A stretch of DNA of 32,000 nucleotides from Candidatus Saccharimonadota bacterium. GTDB lineage: Bacteria > Patescibacteriota > Saccharimonadia > Saccharimonadales > Saccharimonadaceae. The notes under the pieces are model-generated. The model worked only from the letters and a program-made list of their open reading frames with translations, did not search any database and was not told where the DNA came from. This document shows, piece by piece, positions 1 through 7,913 of this stretch (within the stretch, counting starts at the first letter, position 1; every line of letters begins with the position of its first letter). The stretch spans positions 450,001 through 482,000 of the forward strand of contig CP011211.1 of assembly GCA_001029695.1 (NCBI GenBank), given 5' to 3'. The position numbers were made by a program, and so were the translations under genes.

Positions 1-279
1 GGTGAGAAGCGTAAAGTTGAGTGAGTACTTTGATTTAAATTTATCATGACTTGACGCATCGTCTTTACTGACTCCAATCACCTCAGCGCCAAGCTCAACA
101 AGCTCATCACGCGCATCCCGTAAGCTGCAAGCCTCTACTGTACATCCGGGTGTATCGTCTTTTGGATAAAAGTAAACAACTACCCATTTTCCAGCGTATT
201 CAGCAAGCATATGGAGTGTGCCTGTTTCGTCTGGTAAGGTAAATTCTGGTGCTTTGTAGGGTGGTTGTTTCATTGTCAT
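1..279 (-). CDS. bcp: Thiol peroxidase / peroxiredoxin of the BCP (PrxQ) type; partial, C-terminus lies beyond the window edge
   Basis: Absent from the ORF track because it runs off the edge. Reverse complement of 1-279 reads MTMKQPPYKAPEFTLPDETGTLHMLAEYAGKWVVVYFYPKDDTPGCTVEACSLRDARDELVELGAEVIGVSKDDASSHDKFKSKYSLNFTLLT. FYPKDDTPGCTxEAC is the BCP peroxidatic-Cys signature. ATG at 279-277. Confidence 0.85.
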   Translation of the reverse strand, partial: MTMKQPPYKAPEFTLPDETGTLHMLAEYAGKWVVVYFYPKDDTPGCTVEACSLRDARDELVELGAEVIGVSKDDASSHDKFKSKYSLNFTLLT

Positions 280-287
280 ATATATCT

Positions 288-293
288 AGTATA
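288..293 (-). promoter_or_regulatory. -10 box TATACT, 8 nt upstream of the bcp ATG (leaderless-type arrangement)
   Basis: Minus strand reads gagTATACTagatatatATG. No Shine-Dalgarno sequence in the spacer. Confidence 0.4.
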
Positions 294-325
294 CTCTCTT
301 CAGCAAAGACTCAACCAAGTTAAGG

Positions 326-331
326 TATACT
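326..331 (+). promoter_or_regulatory. -10 box TATACT, 11 nt upstream of ATG 343
   Basis: aaggTATACTagaaaacaactATG. No SD in the spacer. Divergent partner of the bcp box. Confidence 0.4.
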
Positions 332-342
332 AGAAAACAACT

Positions 343-1404
343 ATGGTACACGAAAAAAAGTCTCGCCGAATGCTGTCACTTGATTACTTGCGAGGTTATT
401 TTATCGTTGTTATTATCATTGACCATCTATATCGATGGCCTAGCGCACTTGCACTTTTAACTGGCCAGGGTTATCTATGGTTTAACGCGGCAGATGGATT
501 TGTGATCGTCTCAGGACTCATGATCGGATATGTACGAGGCTACAAAGGCTTAAAATTATCATACTGGGATGTAACAAAAAAACTATGGAGCCGAGCATTC
601 CTTTTGTATATTTGGCTGATTACCAGCACACTCATCTATACCACGCTCGCTTGGCTCAACCCTAGCCTACAAGGACTCCCATACGTTCCGATAGCAAACG
701 GTGCATGGCTTGATCTTGCCTGGCAGGCTGTCACTATGCAATTCTCTTATGTCTGGATTAATTTCCTCTATCTCTACACTATCTTCCTAGTCATTGCACC
801 AGCCGCCGTCTGGCTTTTGCGCAAACGACTCGCATGGGTAATTGTTGCTCTATCGCTAATTGGACTATTAATCGGCGACATGACAAATATAAAGTGGCTC
901 CAATGGCAACCGCTATTCTTTATTCCATCTGTCGCCGGGTTCTACTTAGAATCAATTCAGTCGTGGTGGAATTCCAAAAAAGCAACAAAAAAGATCATAC
1001 CTACAGCAATTTACAGCCTCACATTCATACTACTTGGAGCTTCAGTGCTGACGACATTCATCCTTAGCTCAAACCCAACCATTGATGCTGTCAATCTCTA
1101 TTTCAATAAAGAACATATAGAGCTCGGGGGAGTTATCGTTTCCCTTATTACATTCTGCGGCTTCGTATTATTTTTCATACAACACGAGTCGTTTATCCAA
1201 AAATGGCTCGGCTGGCTGCTGCATCCGTTCGGAGTAAACTCTCTGACAGCGTACATCCTTCACGGGATTGTCATTATATTTATCGCTGCTACTATACCTA
1301 TTAGTCAGTCGATCATCCTTAACACTCTTGCTGGTATTTTTGCTGTCGGAGCAACTCTCCTTTTACTCAAAGTACCTCTCATCACAAAGATCTTACCTCG
1401 ATGA
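343..1404 (+). CDS. Integral membrane acyltransferase, acyltransferase_3 / OpgC-like
   Basis: 353-aa ORF, hydrophobic throughout (about 10 TM helices). N-terminal SLDYLRGYFIVVIIIDH matches the D-x-LRG...H opening of membrane O-acyltransferases. Confidence 0.55.
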   Translation: MVHEKKSRRMLSLDYLRGYFIVVIIIDHLYRWPSALALLTGQGYLWFNAADGFVIVSGLMIGYVRGYKGLKLSYWDVTKKLWSRAFLLYIWLITSTLIYTTLAWLNPSLQGLPYVPIANGAWLDLAWQAVTMQFSYVWINFLYLYTIFLVIAPAAVWLLRKRLAWVIVALSLIGLLIGDMTNIKWLQWQPLFFIPSVAGFYLESIQSWWNSKKATKKIIPTAIYSLTFILLGASVLTTFILSSNPTIDAVNLYFNKEHIELGGVIVSLITFCGFVLFFIQHESFIQKWLGWLLHPFGVNSLTAYILHGIVIIFIAATIPISQSIILNTLAGIFAVGATLLLLKVPLITKILPR

Positions 1405-1407
1405 TTC

Positions 1408-1416
1408 TGGTATAGT
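1408..1416 (+). promoter_or_regulatory. Extended -10 box TGgTATAGT, 6 nt upstream of ATG 1423
   Basis: Sits directly after the upstream TGA (1402-1404): tcTGgTATAGTaagattATG. No SD. Confidence 0.45.
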
Positions 1417-1422
1417 AAGATT

Positions 1423-2769
1423 ATGCACAGCTTCTCACGTCTGCTTACATTTTTCCGAAAGCACTGGATCTTGATGGGTGGTATCATTGGTATCATACTC
1501 CTGCGGTTTCTCCTTCTCGTCATCACTCCACCAGGATTCTATCTTGACGAAGCTGCAGGAGGCGCTCATGTCATTGCACTGCTTCAGCATGGAACAAATG
1601 CACATGGCGAAGCCTGGCCATTGTTCTCATCTTCACTTGGAGGAGGCTATACGACACCAATTTATCTATATCCCTTAGCAGCTTGGGTGGCTATATTTGG
1701 CGCATCAGAGTATGCGCTACGAGCCTTTTCGCTTTTTGCCACCATACTCACTGCAGCGCTCATCGGATACGTACTGCGAAAATGGTTCGATAACAAAACT
1801 GCGCTTATTGGTGTCGTCATAGCCCTTACACTACCCTGGGGCTGGGTACAGGGGAGCGTAGCATGGGATCCGGCGCTTGTCCCATTATTTATCGCTGGCG
1901 CACTCGCCAGCTTTTCAATCGCTATGAAAACAGCCCATAGTAGGAGACGTATCGCCGCCATCACGGGAGTGGGAATTATACTAATACTTCTAGCGTATCT
2001 TTATCCGCCATGCAGAGTGACAGCTCCATTACTCCTAGTTACTTTCTACTCCATACTTTTTTGGCAAAAAAAGCTCAGTATGACATATACTTTACTCGCT
2101 ATTCCCTTTTTCCTCGTACTCTGTATTCCGCTACTACAATTTATGTTGCAGCCCGAAGCATTGGAGCGATCAAGACAGCTGAGTGTCCTATATAACACTT
2201 CAGTCGGCGAAGCGATCCTACGAGGTATTCTCAATTTTAGTTCTATGCTTAGTCCACAATTCCTCTTTATAACAGGAGATAGCAACCTTCGACATGCGAC
2301 AGGAATACAGGGAATGCTTGGCCCTGCAGCACTTCCCCCACTTATCGCTCTTGCTGTAGCAGCTATACGTTTTCTTAAAAAACGATCTCGATATACGCAG
2401 CTTCTAAGAAATCAAGAAATCTTTCTCGTACTTATACTATTACTAGGCATTGTTTTTAGCCTGCTTGGATCAGCACTTACGACGGAAGGTCAGCCGCACT
2501 CACTTCGTGCAACCGCAGCTTGGCCGTTCTACGCATTACTTATCGCAATTGGATGGCGACAGTTACTCACCTCTTCGCCGAACTACATAAAATATACATC
2601 TCTGACCATTGCCGTCATTGCAACCACATACTACATCGTTGACCTTGCAACTCTCTACCCGCAACGTAGCGCCAGCTCATTTGACGTCAGCACCCGGCAG
2701 GATATTGAAGCTGGTACAGTCAACCAAAACTATCCTAGTCTGTCGATCGATTACTACAAAAACAAGTAA
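1423..2769 (+). CDS. GT-C fold glycosyltransferase, PMT_2 / ArnT (GT39/GT83)-like
   Basis: 448-aa polytopic membrane ORF. Acidic loop after TM1 (FYLDEAAGG) and AIFGASEYALRAFSLFATIL resemble the D/E loop and FGxSExxxRxxS segment of polyprenyl-phosphate-sugar dependent GT-C enzymes. Confidence 0.55.
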   Translation: MHSFSRLLTFFRKHWILMGGIIGIILLRFLLLVITPPGFYLDEAAGGAHVIALLQHGTNAHGEAWPLFSSSLGGGYTTPIYLYPLAAWVAIFGASEYALRAFSLFATILTAALIGYVLRKWFDNKTALIGVVIALTLPWGWVQGSVAWDPALVPLFIAGALASFSIAMKTAHSRRRIAAITGVGIILILLAYLYPPCRVTAPLLLVTFYSILFWQKKLSMTYTLLAIPFFLVLCIPLLQFMLQPEALERSRQLSVLYNTSVGEAILRGILNFSSMLSPQFLFITGDSNLRHATGIQGMLGPAALPPLIALAVAAIRFLKKRSRYTQLLRNQEIFLVLILLLGIVFSLLGSALTTEGQPHSLRATAAWPFYALLIAIGWRQLLTSSPNYIKYTSLTIAVIATTYYIVDLATLYPQRSASSFDVSTRQDIEAGTVNQNYPSLSIDYYKNK

Positions 2770-2772
2770 GTA

Positions 2773-4815
2773 CTATTGTTCGTATATAATCACAAACGTC
2801 TTATCAAAGACTCGTCTCTCAACTTCTCTGAATCGCTCATCTGAAGTAAGAAAGACGGTGCTGTCTTCATAATAAACAAACACTAGCCGTTTCGTTGAAA
2901 TGCTTGTTGAATCAAGTATCATATCCTGGCTTCCGTTCACGGGCGCAAACCCTCCTACAAAAGTCTCAGGCCAAGGGTAGTAAAATTTTAGGTCGCAGCC
3001 CTTAAGGTCATATTTCATGTCGATATAACCAAACGGTCCGGACGTAACAAATGTCGTATTATCGCAACCAAGTTCCTTTCTGATTGTATTCGCTTGAAGG
3101 TCTTGAAGGCGCTGAAAGTTATAGTTACCAACCGCCGCCACAGTTAGCGAACCGTATCCAAGAAGTACGATACTTACGACAGTAAATAGCAGCGCTGATA
3201 GCTTTAAGCGTACATGCCACCCTAACGCAATGACTACACCCAACAAGGCATACCAAAATACTGAAATATGAACAACGTACCGCTCTAAGAATCTTGGCGG
3301 ATTTGGCGGCAATGAAATAATCGTATAAAAGATAATACCCACGACAAAGCAGAGTGTCAGCAGCACTAGTCCTTGTTTCTGTGTCTTGCCGATTCGTCGC
3401 CATACCTGCCCATAGACATACCCAAAAAGCCCGATAAACACAACCAGTAGGACAGTAAGCCATGGGCCAATTTGCCATCCAGCTGAATACGCCGTGAGGA
3501 GCCCAAGTATATTCGTGAGTTCATACATCGTGATGCTACTCATATACGGAGGTAGTGCGGAGTCGTTCAGCTGCGTCAGTACTGTCGGAATCCATGGCAA
3601 AAATAACAGCATCGACACAGCATATACTATCCAATACGGCTGGTAGATATACTTTAGTACCGTATGCTTTGACGGCAACTGGTGTGTCATATATAAAAGC
3701 CACGCTAGATGAGCCAACCAAAATACCGCAGACATATACAGCGTATACATCCCAGCCACGACAAGCGCTCCATAGAGCAACCACCACAATCTTTGCTTCG
3801 TCCGCCACGCCTTCACGAGTAACCATGTAGATACGACACCAATCAGCATCACAAGTGCATACATACGAATCTCATAATCATACCGCAACATAAATGGCGC
3901 AAACGTGATAAACGGCAACGCAATAAGAGCAATTCGTTTTGAGAAAAGATCCCGAAGGAGAAGTGCCATGACCACGATAGAGGCAGCACCACAAAGCGCA
4001 CTACTTGCACGTATCATAAGTTCGTTTGTTCCAAATAGTGAAACCCACAATTTCAACATAAGATAATAAAGTGGCGGATGCGCGTCAACCGAAGTTAATG
4101 AAATGATTTCTGACACCGGACGTTCAATCAGCATCAATGAATATCCCTCATCAAACCAAACACTCTGCCCGACGCTCACAACTAGAGCGAGAGTAAAGCT
4201 AATTGCGGCCGCCAGAGTTAAGTAAATGTACCAGTGACGCTCCAGGAATTTTAGTACACGTCGCGCTTTTGCTTTTGCCTCGCGCCAAAGATCTTTTGCT
4301 TTTCCATTTTTCTTAAATACAACGCGGCTATACCACATATAATTCCATACAAAACCAGCTGCAATACCGATTATCTTTGCCACATTGTCAATAATCCATA
4401 CCTGATTAAAGTCTCCAGGCAATACCTGCGAAAGAAGTCCATGCATTAGTACTATGACGCCACCTTGGACAAACCATATGCTTGCAAGTGTGACCGCGAT
4501 AAACTGCACAAACTGTTGGCGGTGGCTCCCGTCATCGCTTCCACGAAATACAGCTTTTTTATTTAAACTAAAGCTCGTCAACATCGCAGCAGTCGTTGAT
4601 ACGATATTTGCTGGCAACAATGACACTCCAAATACACTCCGCAGTATATTAAGTACGGCGAAATCAACTATAGTATTGACCACTCCCACTAAAGCAAAGC
4701 GTGTCTTTTTTGATTTCGCAGCTTTACTTCGAATGATTCGAGTCGGTAGAGCACGTTTCAAGTAAGAGACAACTGTATCCATGAGTCCTTCTACTATACA
4801 ACATTTGCCTGGCAT
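2773..4815 (-). CDS. Fusion protein: N-terminal GtrA-like domain plus C-terminal GT-C (PMT_2/ArnT-like) glycosyltransferase
   Basis: Residues ~38-168 (RFALVGVVNTIVDFAVLNIL...FVWNYMWYSRVVF) look like a GtrA-family 4-TM domain. Residues ~195-680 are polytopic, with WFDEGYS and LFGTNELMIRASSALCG as in PMT_2. The true start may be M12 (ATG 4782-4780), which has TATAGT (4798-4793) and GAAGGA upstream. Confidence 0.65.
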   Translation of the reverse strand: MPGKCCIVEGLMDTVVSYLKRALPTRIIRSKAAKSKKTRFALVGVVNTIVDFAVLNILRSVFGVSLLPANIVSTTAAMLTSFSLNKKAVFRGSDDGSHRQQFVQFIAVTLASIWFVQGGVIVLMHGLLSQVLPGDFNQVWIIDNVAKIIGIAAGFVWNYMWYSRVVFKKNGKAKDLWREAKAKARRVLKFLERHWYIYLTLAAAISFTLALVVSVGQSVWFDEGYSLMLIERPVSEIISLTSVDAHPPLYYLMLKLWVSLFGTNELMIRASSALCGAASIVVMALLLRDLFSKRIALIALPFITFAPFMLRYDYEIRMYALVMLIGVVSTWLLVKAWRTKQRLWWLLYGALVVAGMYTLYMSAVFWLAHLAWLLYMTHQLPSKHTVLKYIYQPYWIVYAVSMLLFLPWIPTVLTQLNDSALPPYMSSITMYELTNILGLLTAYSAGWQIGPWLTVLLVVFIGLFGYVYGQVWRRIGKTQKQGLVLLTLCFVVGIIFYTIISLPPNPPRFLERYVVHISVFWYALLGVVIALGWHVRLKLSALLFTVVSIVLLGYGSLTVAAVGNYNFQRLQDLQANTIRKELGCDNTTFVTSGPFGYIDMKYDLKGCDLKFYYPWPETFVGGFAPVNGSQDMILDSTSISTKRLVFVYYEDSTVFLTSDERFREVERRVFDKTFVIIYEQ
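4793..4798 (-). promoter_or_regulatory. -10 box TATAGT inside the first 11 codons of the longest ORF; 10 nt (agaaggactc) upstream of ATG 4782
   Basis: Minus strand reads gttgTATAGTagaaggactcATGgat. Confidence 0.35.
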
Positions 4816-4882
4816 TTACCTGACTAGGACAACTCATTGACGTTTCTTCATTTTACTACTGGAAATCCACTTGCTTTTGCAG

Positions 4883-4888
4883 TATAAT
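4883..4888 (+). promoter_or_regulatory. -10 box TATAAT upstream of tRNA-Pro
   Basis: gcagTATAATcataaagcacatctat, then the tRNA 5' end at 4905. TGGAAA lies 17 nt upstream as a weak -35. Confidence 0.45.
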
Positions 4889-4904
4889 CATAAAGCACAT
4901 CTAT

Positions 4905-4980
4905 CGGGGTGTGGCGCAGTTGATAGCGCGCTCGGTTTGGGACCGAGAGGTCGAAGGTTTGAGTCCTTTCACCCCGACCA
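4905..4980 (+). tRNA. tRNA-Pro (anticodon UGG), CCA encoded
   Basis: Hand-folded cloverleaf. Acceptor CGGGGTG/CACCCCG; D stem GCGC/GCGC; anticodon stem CTCGG/CCGAG with loop TTTGGGA; variable loop AGGTC; T stem GAAGG/CCTTT; then A-CCA. 76 nt. Confidence 0.9.
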
Positions 4981-4996
4981 AGAAGTATTTTCGCTT

Positions 4997-5026
4997 AAAT
5001 CCACCATTAAATCATATGGTGGATTT
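4997..5026 (+). terminator. Hairpin downstream of tRNA-Pro
   Basis: AAATCCACCAT / ATGGTGGATTT, 11-bp perfect stem with 8-nt loop. The stem ends in TTT but no long T-tract follows. Confidence 0.45.
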
Positions 5027-5181
5027 AGCTTTATAACAGATATAAAATTGTCATTTGCTCGGAGGTTCAACACTACCTCACGATAGACTAAATCTTCTTC
5101 GACCACATCGGTAACGCTCCCGTTGATTAGTGTGGTCAAAAATAGCCACATAATTATGACTAAATAGACTATTCAAAGGTA

Positions 5182-5934
5182 ATGCCCTACTATGGTCGTA
5201 GTATGAATAATAAAAATCAAAAGACTAAAAAGAGATTACCGCTTACCCTTACCATTATCGGAATACTATTAGTAGTCGGTGTTGTTGCTGGCTTAATATT
5301 TCGAGATACGATAAAGACCGTTGCAACGGACATACAGACAAATATAGAAAATCAAGGCAAGCCAAAATTTATATTTGATACGGAGAAGCACCCCGATTGG
5401 GCAACGGCTGGTAATGTATTTACAAATCTTGATATCACCGATGATTTTCAAGGAAGTAAAGAAGACTTACCTATTTCGGGTATCATCGTAAATCAATGCA
5501 CGACAGGTAGTAACTGTAATACTCTGGTAGACAAGTGCAAACCGCAAAACAACGGCAACAGTAAGGACTGTAAGCAATTAGCGAAATACACGACAGACAC
5601 TCATTGTTTCGTATCTCTCTTTTATAACGAACGTAACGTTGACCCTGAACAAGAGGTTGCAAAGTATATTGAGCATAACAACAGTTTTGGTAGTATGACC
5701 ATCAAAGAGGCTGGCGTAAAAAATCTGACGATGAACACGCCTGACGGTAACAAAGAATACAAACTCCACTACTATAATTACGAGAATAAAAGTGCTGAAA
5801 CCATCAAAAAAGGTAACGCTATTGGCTATATATCGCTCACAAATGGACATATCGACATACGAAGTGTCTGCTCGGAAACTAACCAATTAGATGAAACTTT
5901 GCCTATATTATCGGCAATCAGACTAGAAGTATAA
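5182..5934 (+). CDS. Hypothetical membrane-anchored, Cys-containing extracytoplasmic protein
   Basis: 250-aa ORF with a Lys-rich N-terminus, one TM helix (LTLTIIGILLVVGVVAGLIF) and an Asn/Lys-rich ectodomain with 6 Cys. Alternative in-frame start ATG 5203 (MNNKNQ) has TATGGT 6 nt upstream. No family recognised. Confidence 0.6.
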   Translation: MPYYGRSMNNKNQKTKKRLPLTLTIIGILLVVGVVAGLIFRDTIKTVATDIQTNIENQGKPKFIFDTEKHPDWATAGNVFTNLDITDDFQGSKEDLPISGIIVNQCTTGSNCNTLVDKCKPQNNGNSKDCKQLAKYTTDTHCFVSLFYNERNVDPEQEVAKYIEHNNSFGSMTIKEAGVKNLTMNTPDGNKEYKLHYYNYENKSAETIKKGNAIGYISLTNGHIDIRSVCSETNQLDETLPILSAIRLEV

Positions 5935-5952
5935 CAACTTTACCAACAACCC

Positions 5953-5962
5953 CACCCCTGTT
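5953..5962. repeat. Copy 1 of the 10-bp direct repeat CACCCCTGTT
   Basis: Identical decamer at 6001-6010, 48 bp away, in non-coding DNA. Confidence 0.5.
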
Positions 5963-6000
5963 GAGCTATAACTAAACTGTTATATATAATAAAGTCGTCT

Positions 6001-6010
6001 CACCCCTGTT
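6001..6010. repeat. Copy 2 of the 10-bp direct repeat CACCCCTGTT
   Basis: See 5953-5962. Confidence 0.5.
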
Positions 6011-6135
6011 AGCCAACATTTATAACCGCACTTTGTTGGGCATACAAGAATTACTATTTTTTGACAGCCACAAAAATTTAGGTAGACTGTGCGTTTACAC
6101 CCATTTTGAAAAACTCACTTCGACAAGGTAGGGGG

Positions 6136-6327
6136 CTATTCTTCGGGCTTATGCGACTCGTCGGCTCGTATATTTCGCTCACCACTAGGGTCAACCGAAA
6201 CTTTGTTTTCCCAATTAGATGTATCTCGTGGCGATGCTTGCGGTGGCACTTCAAAACGAGGAGAGTCAGCACCAAGCATAGCGGTTTCTTTTGGTTGCTC
6301 TTGTGGTTGGTTGTCGGTGTCGCTCAT
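6136..6327 (-). CDS. Possible small acidic, Pro/Glu-rich protein (63 aa), hypothetical
   Basis: It is the only ORF in this gap with start signals: minus strand reads TAAAATagaggtaatATG (a -10-like box 9 nt upstream; the spacer also contains GAGG). The low-complexity sequence makes coding status uncertain. Confidence 0.35.
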   Translation of the reverse strand: MSDTDNQPQEQPKETAMLGADSPRFEVPPQASPRDTSNWENKVSVDPSGERNIRADESHKPEE

Positions 6328-6336
6328 ATTACCTCT

Positions 6337-6342
6337 ATTTTA
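6337..6342 (-). promoter_or_regulatory. -10-like TAAAAT, 9 nt upstream of ATG 6327
   Basis: Read directly from the sequence. The spacer agaggtaat could alternatively act as an SD. Confidence 0.3.
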
Positions 6343-6518
6343 CATCACGAAATCAGTAGTATCAAAATCTTGAGGCTTCACGATATTGGCAAGTATTCGC
6401 TGTAATCGCTCTAGTTTGAACTTATACCTATCGTAGTTCAGCAGTATTTGATACATAGTTTCTAGTTGCGAGGTTCGTTGAGTGTCGGAATCTCTCGACC
6501 ATATGAGAATTCATAACC

Positions 6519-6546
6519 AAAAAGAGTCTCCGAGGAGACTCTTTTT
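6519..6546. terminator. Bidirectional rho-independent terminator
   Basis: AAAAAGAGTCTC-cgag-GAGACTCTTTTT, 12-bp perfect stem flanked by A5 and T5. It starts 18 nt after the stop of the 449-aa minus-strand gene. Confidence 0.75.
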
Positions 6547-6563
6547 GTATACACTAGCACTAC

Positions 6564-7913
6564 CTAATAGTAACGATTCTCGGCGGCAGTAGTCTGCCGT
6601 GGACTCGCCACAGACTGAGTCGCCTGCTGATCAATCGATGTGCCATTCGCGTCAATTATCTTCTTGATCTCATTTTGGAGATCCTTTAGACTCATTGCAT
6701 CTTTTGGTAGAGTCACCTCAACAGGCTTATTGAACGTAGTCTTCAGGTCAAGCGTGAGCGACTGTTTTGCGCCGACCGAAGCGGCTGAGGTTGCATTGAT
6801 TCGTGTCACTGAATGATCCCACTGGTCAAACCACACCTCAACCCTACTGTCTGCTTTCGAATCATCCTGTATGTCGCTACCGTATGCAGCCTCTAGATCA
6901 TCCTGTGTAATGTCACTTTCAAGACAGTCGACGATCTCTTTAGACACAGGAAGATTCTTGATAGCTTCTCCAAATTTCTTTGCCGCATCCTTGTCGACGT
7001 CAATTACATATCCCATCGAACCATTGACCGTACCAAGTGATTCCTTTACGAGGATCAGCTTATTGGCTTGATACGCTTTTTTGATATCATTTGCAACTTG
7101 CGGGTCGTTCTCTATTTTTTTGGCAACTTTTTGGACACACTCGTATTGAGTTTTTGCGTCTTTATTATACTCTTGCATATCATCTAGTGATATTTTCACC
7201 CACTGATTATCAATTTTTTTGATAAGAGGATTGATGGTGTTTGTAATCGTAGTTTTTGCTGCTTTCTTTTCTTGAACAGTACTTTCAGACCCGCCCATTT
7301 GATTGATAAACGTATCCACCGTCGTATCTATCGTCTTCGAAAGATTACTCGCGCGGAAATACACATCTCCATTTGGGGCATACATAGCCTCTCCCTCGAA
7401 TGGGATCTTGGTATTATCTTTCAATCGGATAGAGCCAGTGGCCTTAATATTCGATCCGTTTGACTTGCTACCCTTTGTATCAAGCGATACATCGAAACCG
7501 ACCTCATTGTTGTATTTATACGAAACAGTTCCTGTGAGTGTCGCCGTATTGGCAGTCACGACATTAATAAGTCCGTCTGCTATGACCTTGTCAGGATTCT
7601 GATACCAAAAAGCATATACAGCGCCCGCACTACTTCCAAGAACGATCAATACTACAGCGATAACTCCAGTAATAATAGGCCATTTCTTGCGCTTCTTTGG
7701 CGTTTGTAACGATGAAGCAACATACGTAGCTGGTTGCACAGAAGGCTGGAGGCTGGAGGAATCAGATACATCTACTCCACTCTCGCCAACAAGCTGGGAT
7801 TCGATTTCAGCCAGCGAACGTTCACGCTCTATGTCCCTACCGAGATCAGTCTGCGGAGAGCTACTATTTACTGACTGCGTATCATCATCTTTAAGTTCTC
7901 TGTCATCCGGCAT
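6564..7913 (-). CDS. Hypothetical membrane-anchored surface protein
   Basis: 449-aa ORF with an acidic/Ser-rich N-terminal tail, KKRKKW plus one TM helix (PIITGVIAVVLIVLGSSAGAVYAFWY), then a ~340-aa Lys/Asp/Thr-rich ectodomain. AAGGA lies 8 nt upstream of the ATG and a terminator follows the stop. No family recognised. Confidence 0.75.
   Translation of the reverse strand: MPDDRELKDDDTQSVNSSSPQTDLGRDIERERSLAEIESQLVGESGVDVSDSSSLQPSVQPATYVASSLQTPKKRKKWPIITGVIAVVLIVLGSSAGAVYAFWYQNPDKVIADGLINVVTANTATLTGTVSYKYNNEVGFDVSLDTKGSKSNGSNIKATGSIRLKDNTKIPFEGEAMYAPNGDVYFRASNLSKTIDTTVDTFINQMGGSESTVQEKKAAKTTITNTINPLIKKIDNQWVKISLDDMQEYNKDAKTQYECVQKVAKKIENDPQVANDIKKAYQANKLILVKESLGTVNGSMGYVIDVDKDAAKKFGEAIKNLPVSKEIVDCLESDITQDDLEAAYGSDIQDDSKADSRVEVWFDQWDHSVTRINATSAASVGAKQSLTLDLKTTFNKPVEVTLPKDAMSLKDLQNEIKKIIDANGTSIDQQATQSVASPRQTTAAENRYY

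Noticed and set aside
4871-5151. ORFs 4871-5086 (+) and 4969-5151 (-) overlapping the tRNA
   Set aside because: The plus-strand ORF reads straight through the tRNA-Pro gene and its terminator hairpin. Neither ORF has start signals or recognisable sequence.
5953-6010. Possible att site or mini-CRISPR formed by the CACCCCTGTT repeats, or duplication of the tRNA-Pro 3' end
   Set aside because: There are only two 10-bp copies, so this is not an array. Identity to the tRNA 3' end (TTCACCCCGACCA) is limited to about 7 nt (TCACCCC), too short to call an integration scar. No integrase is nearby.
6078-6405. ORFs 6106-6405 (+, 99 aa) and 6078-6275 (-, 65 aa) overlapping the 63-aa acidic ORF
   Set aside because: They have no promoter or SD context. 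The Arg/Leu/Phe-rich composition looks like an antisense or off-frame artefact. Only the 6136-6327 frame has start signals, and even that is given low confidence.
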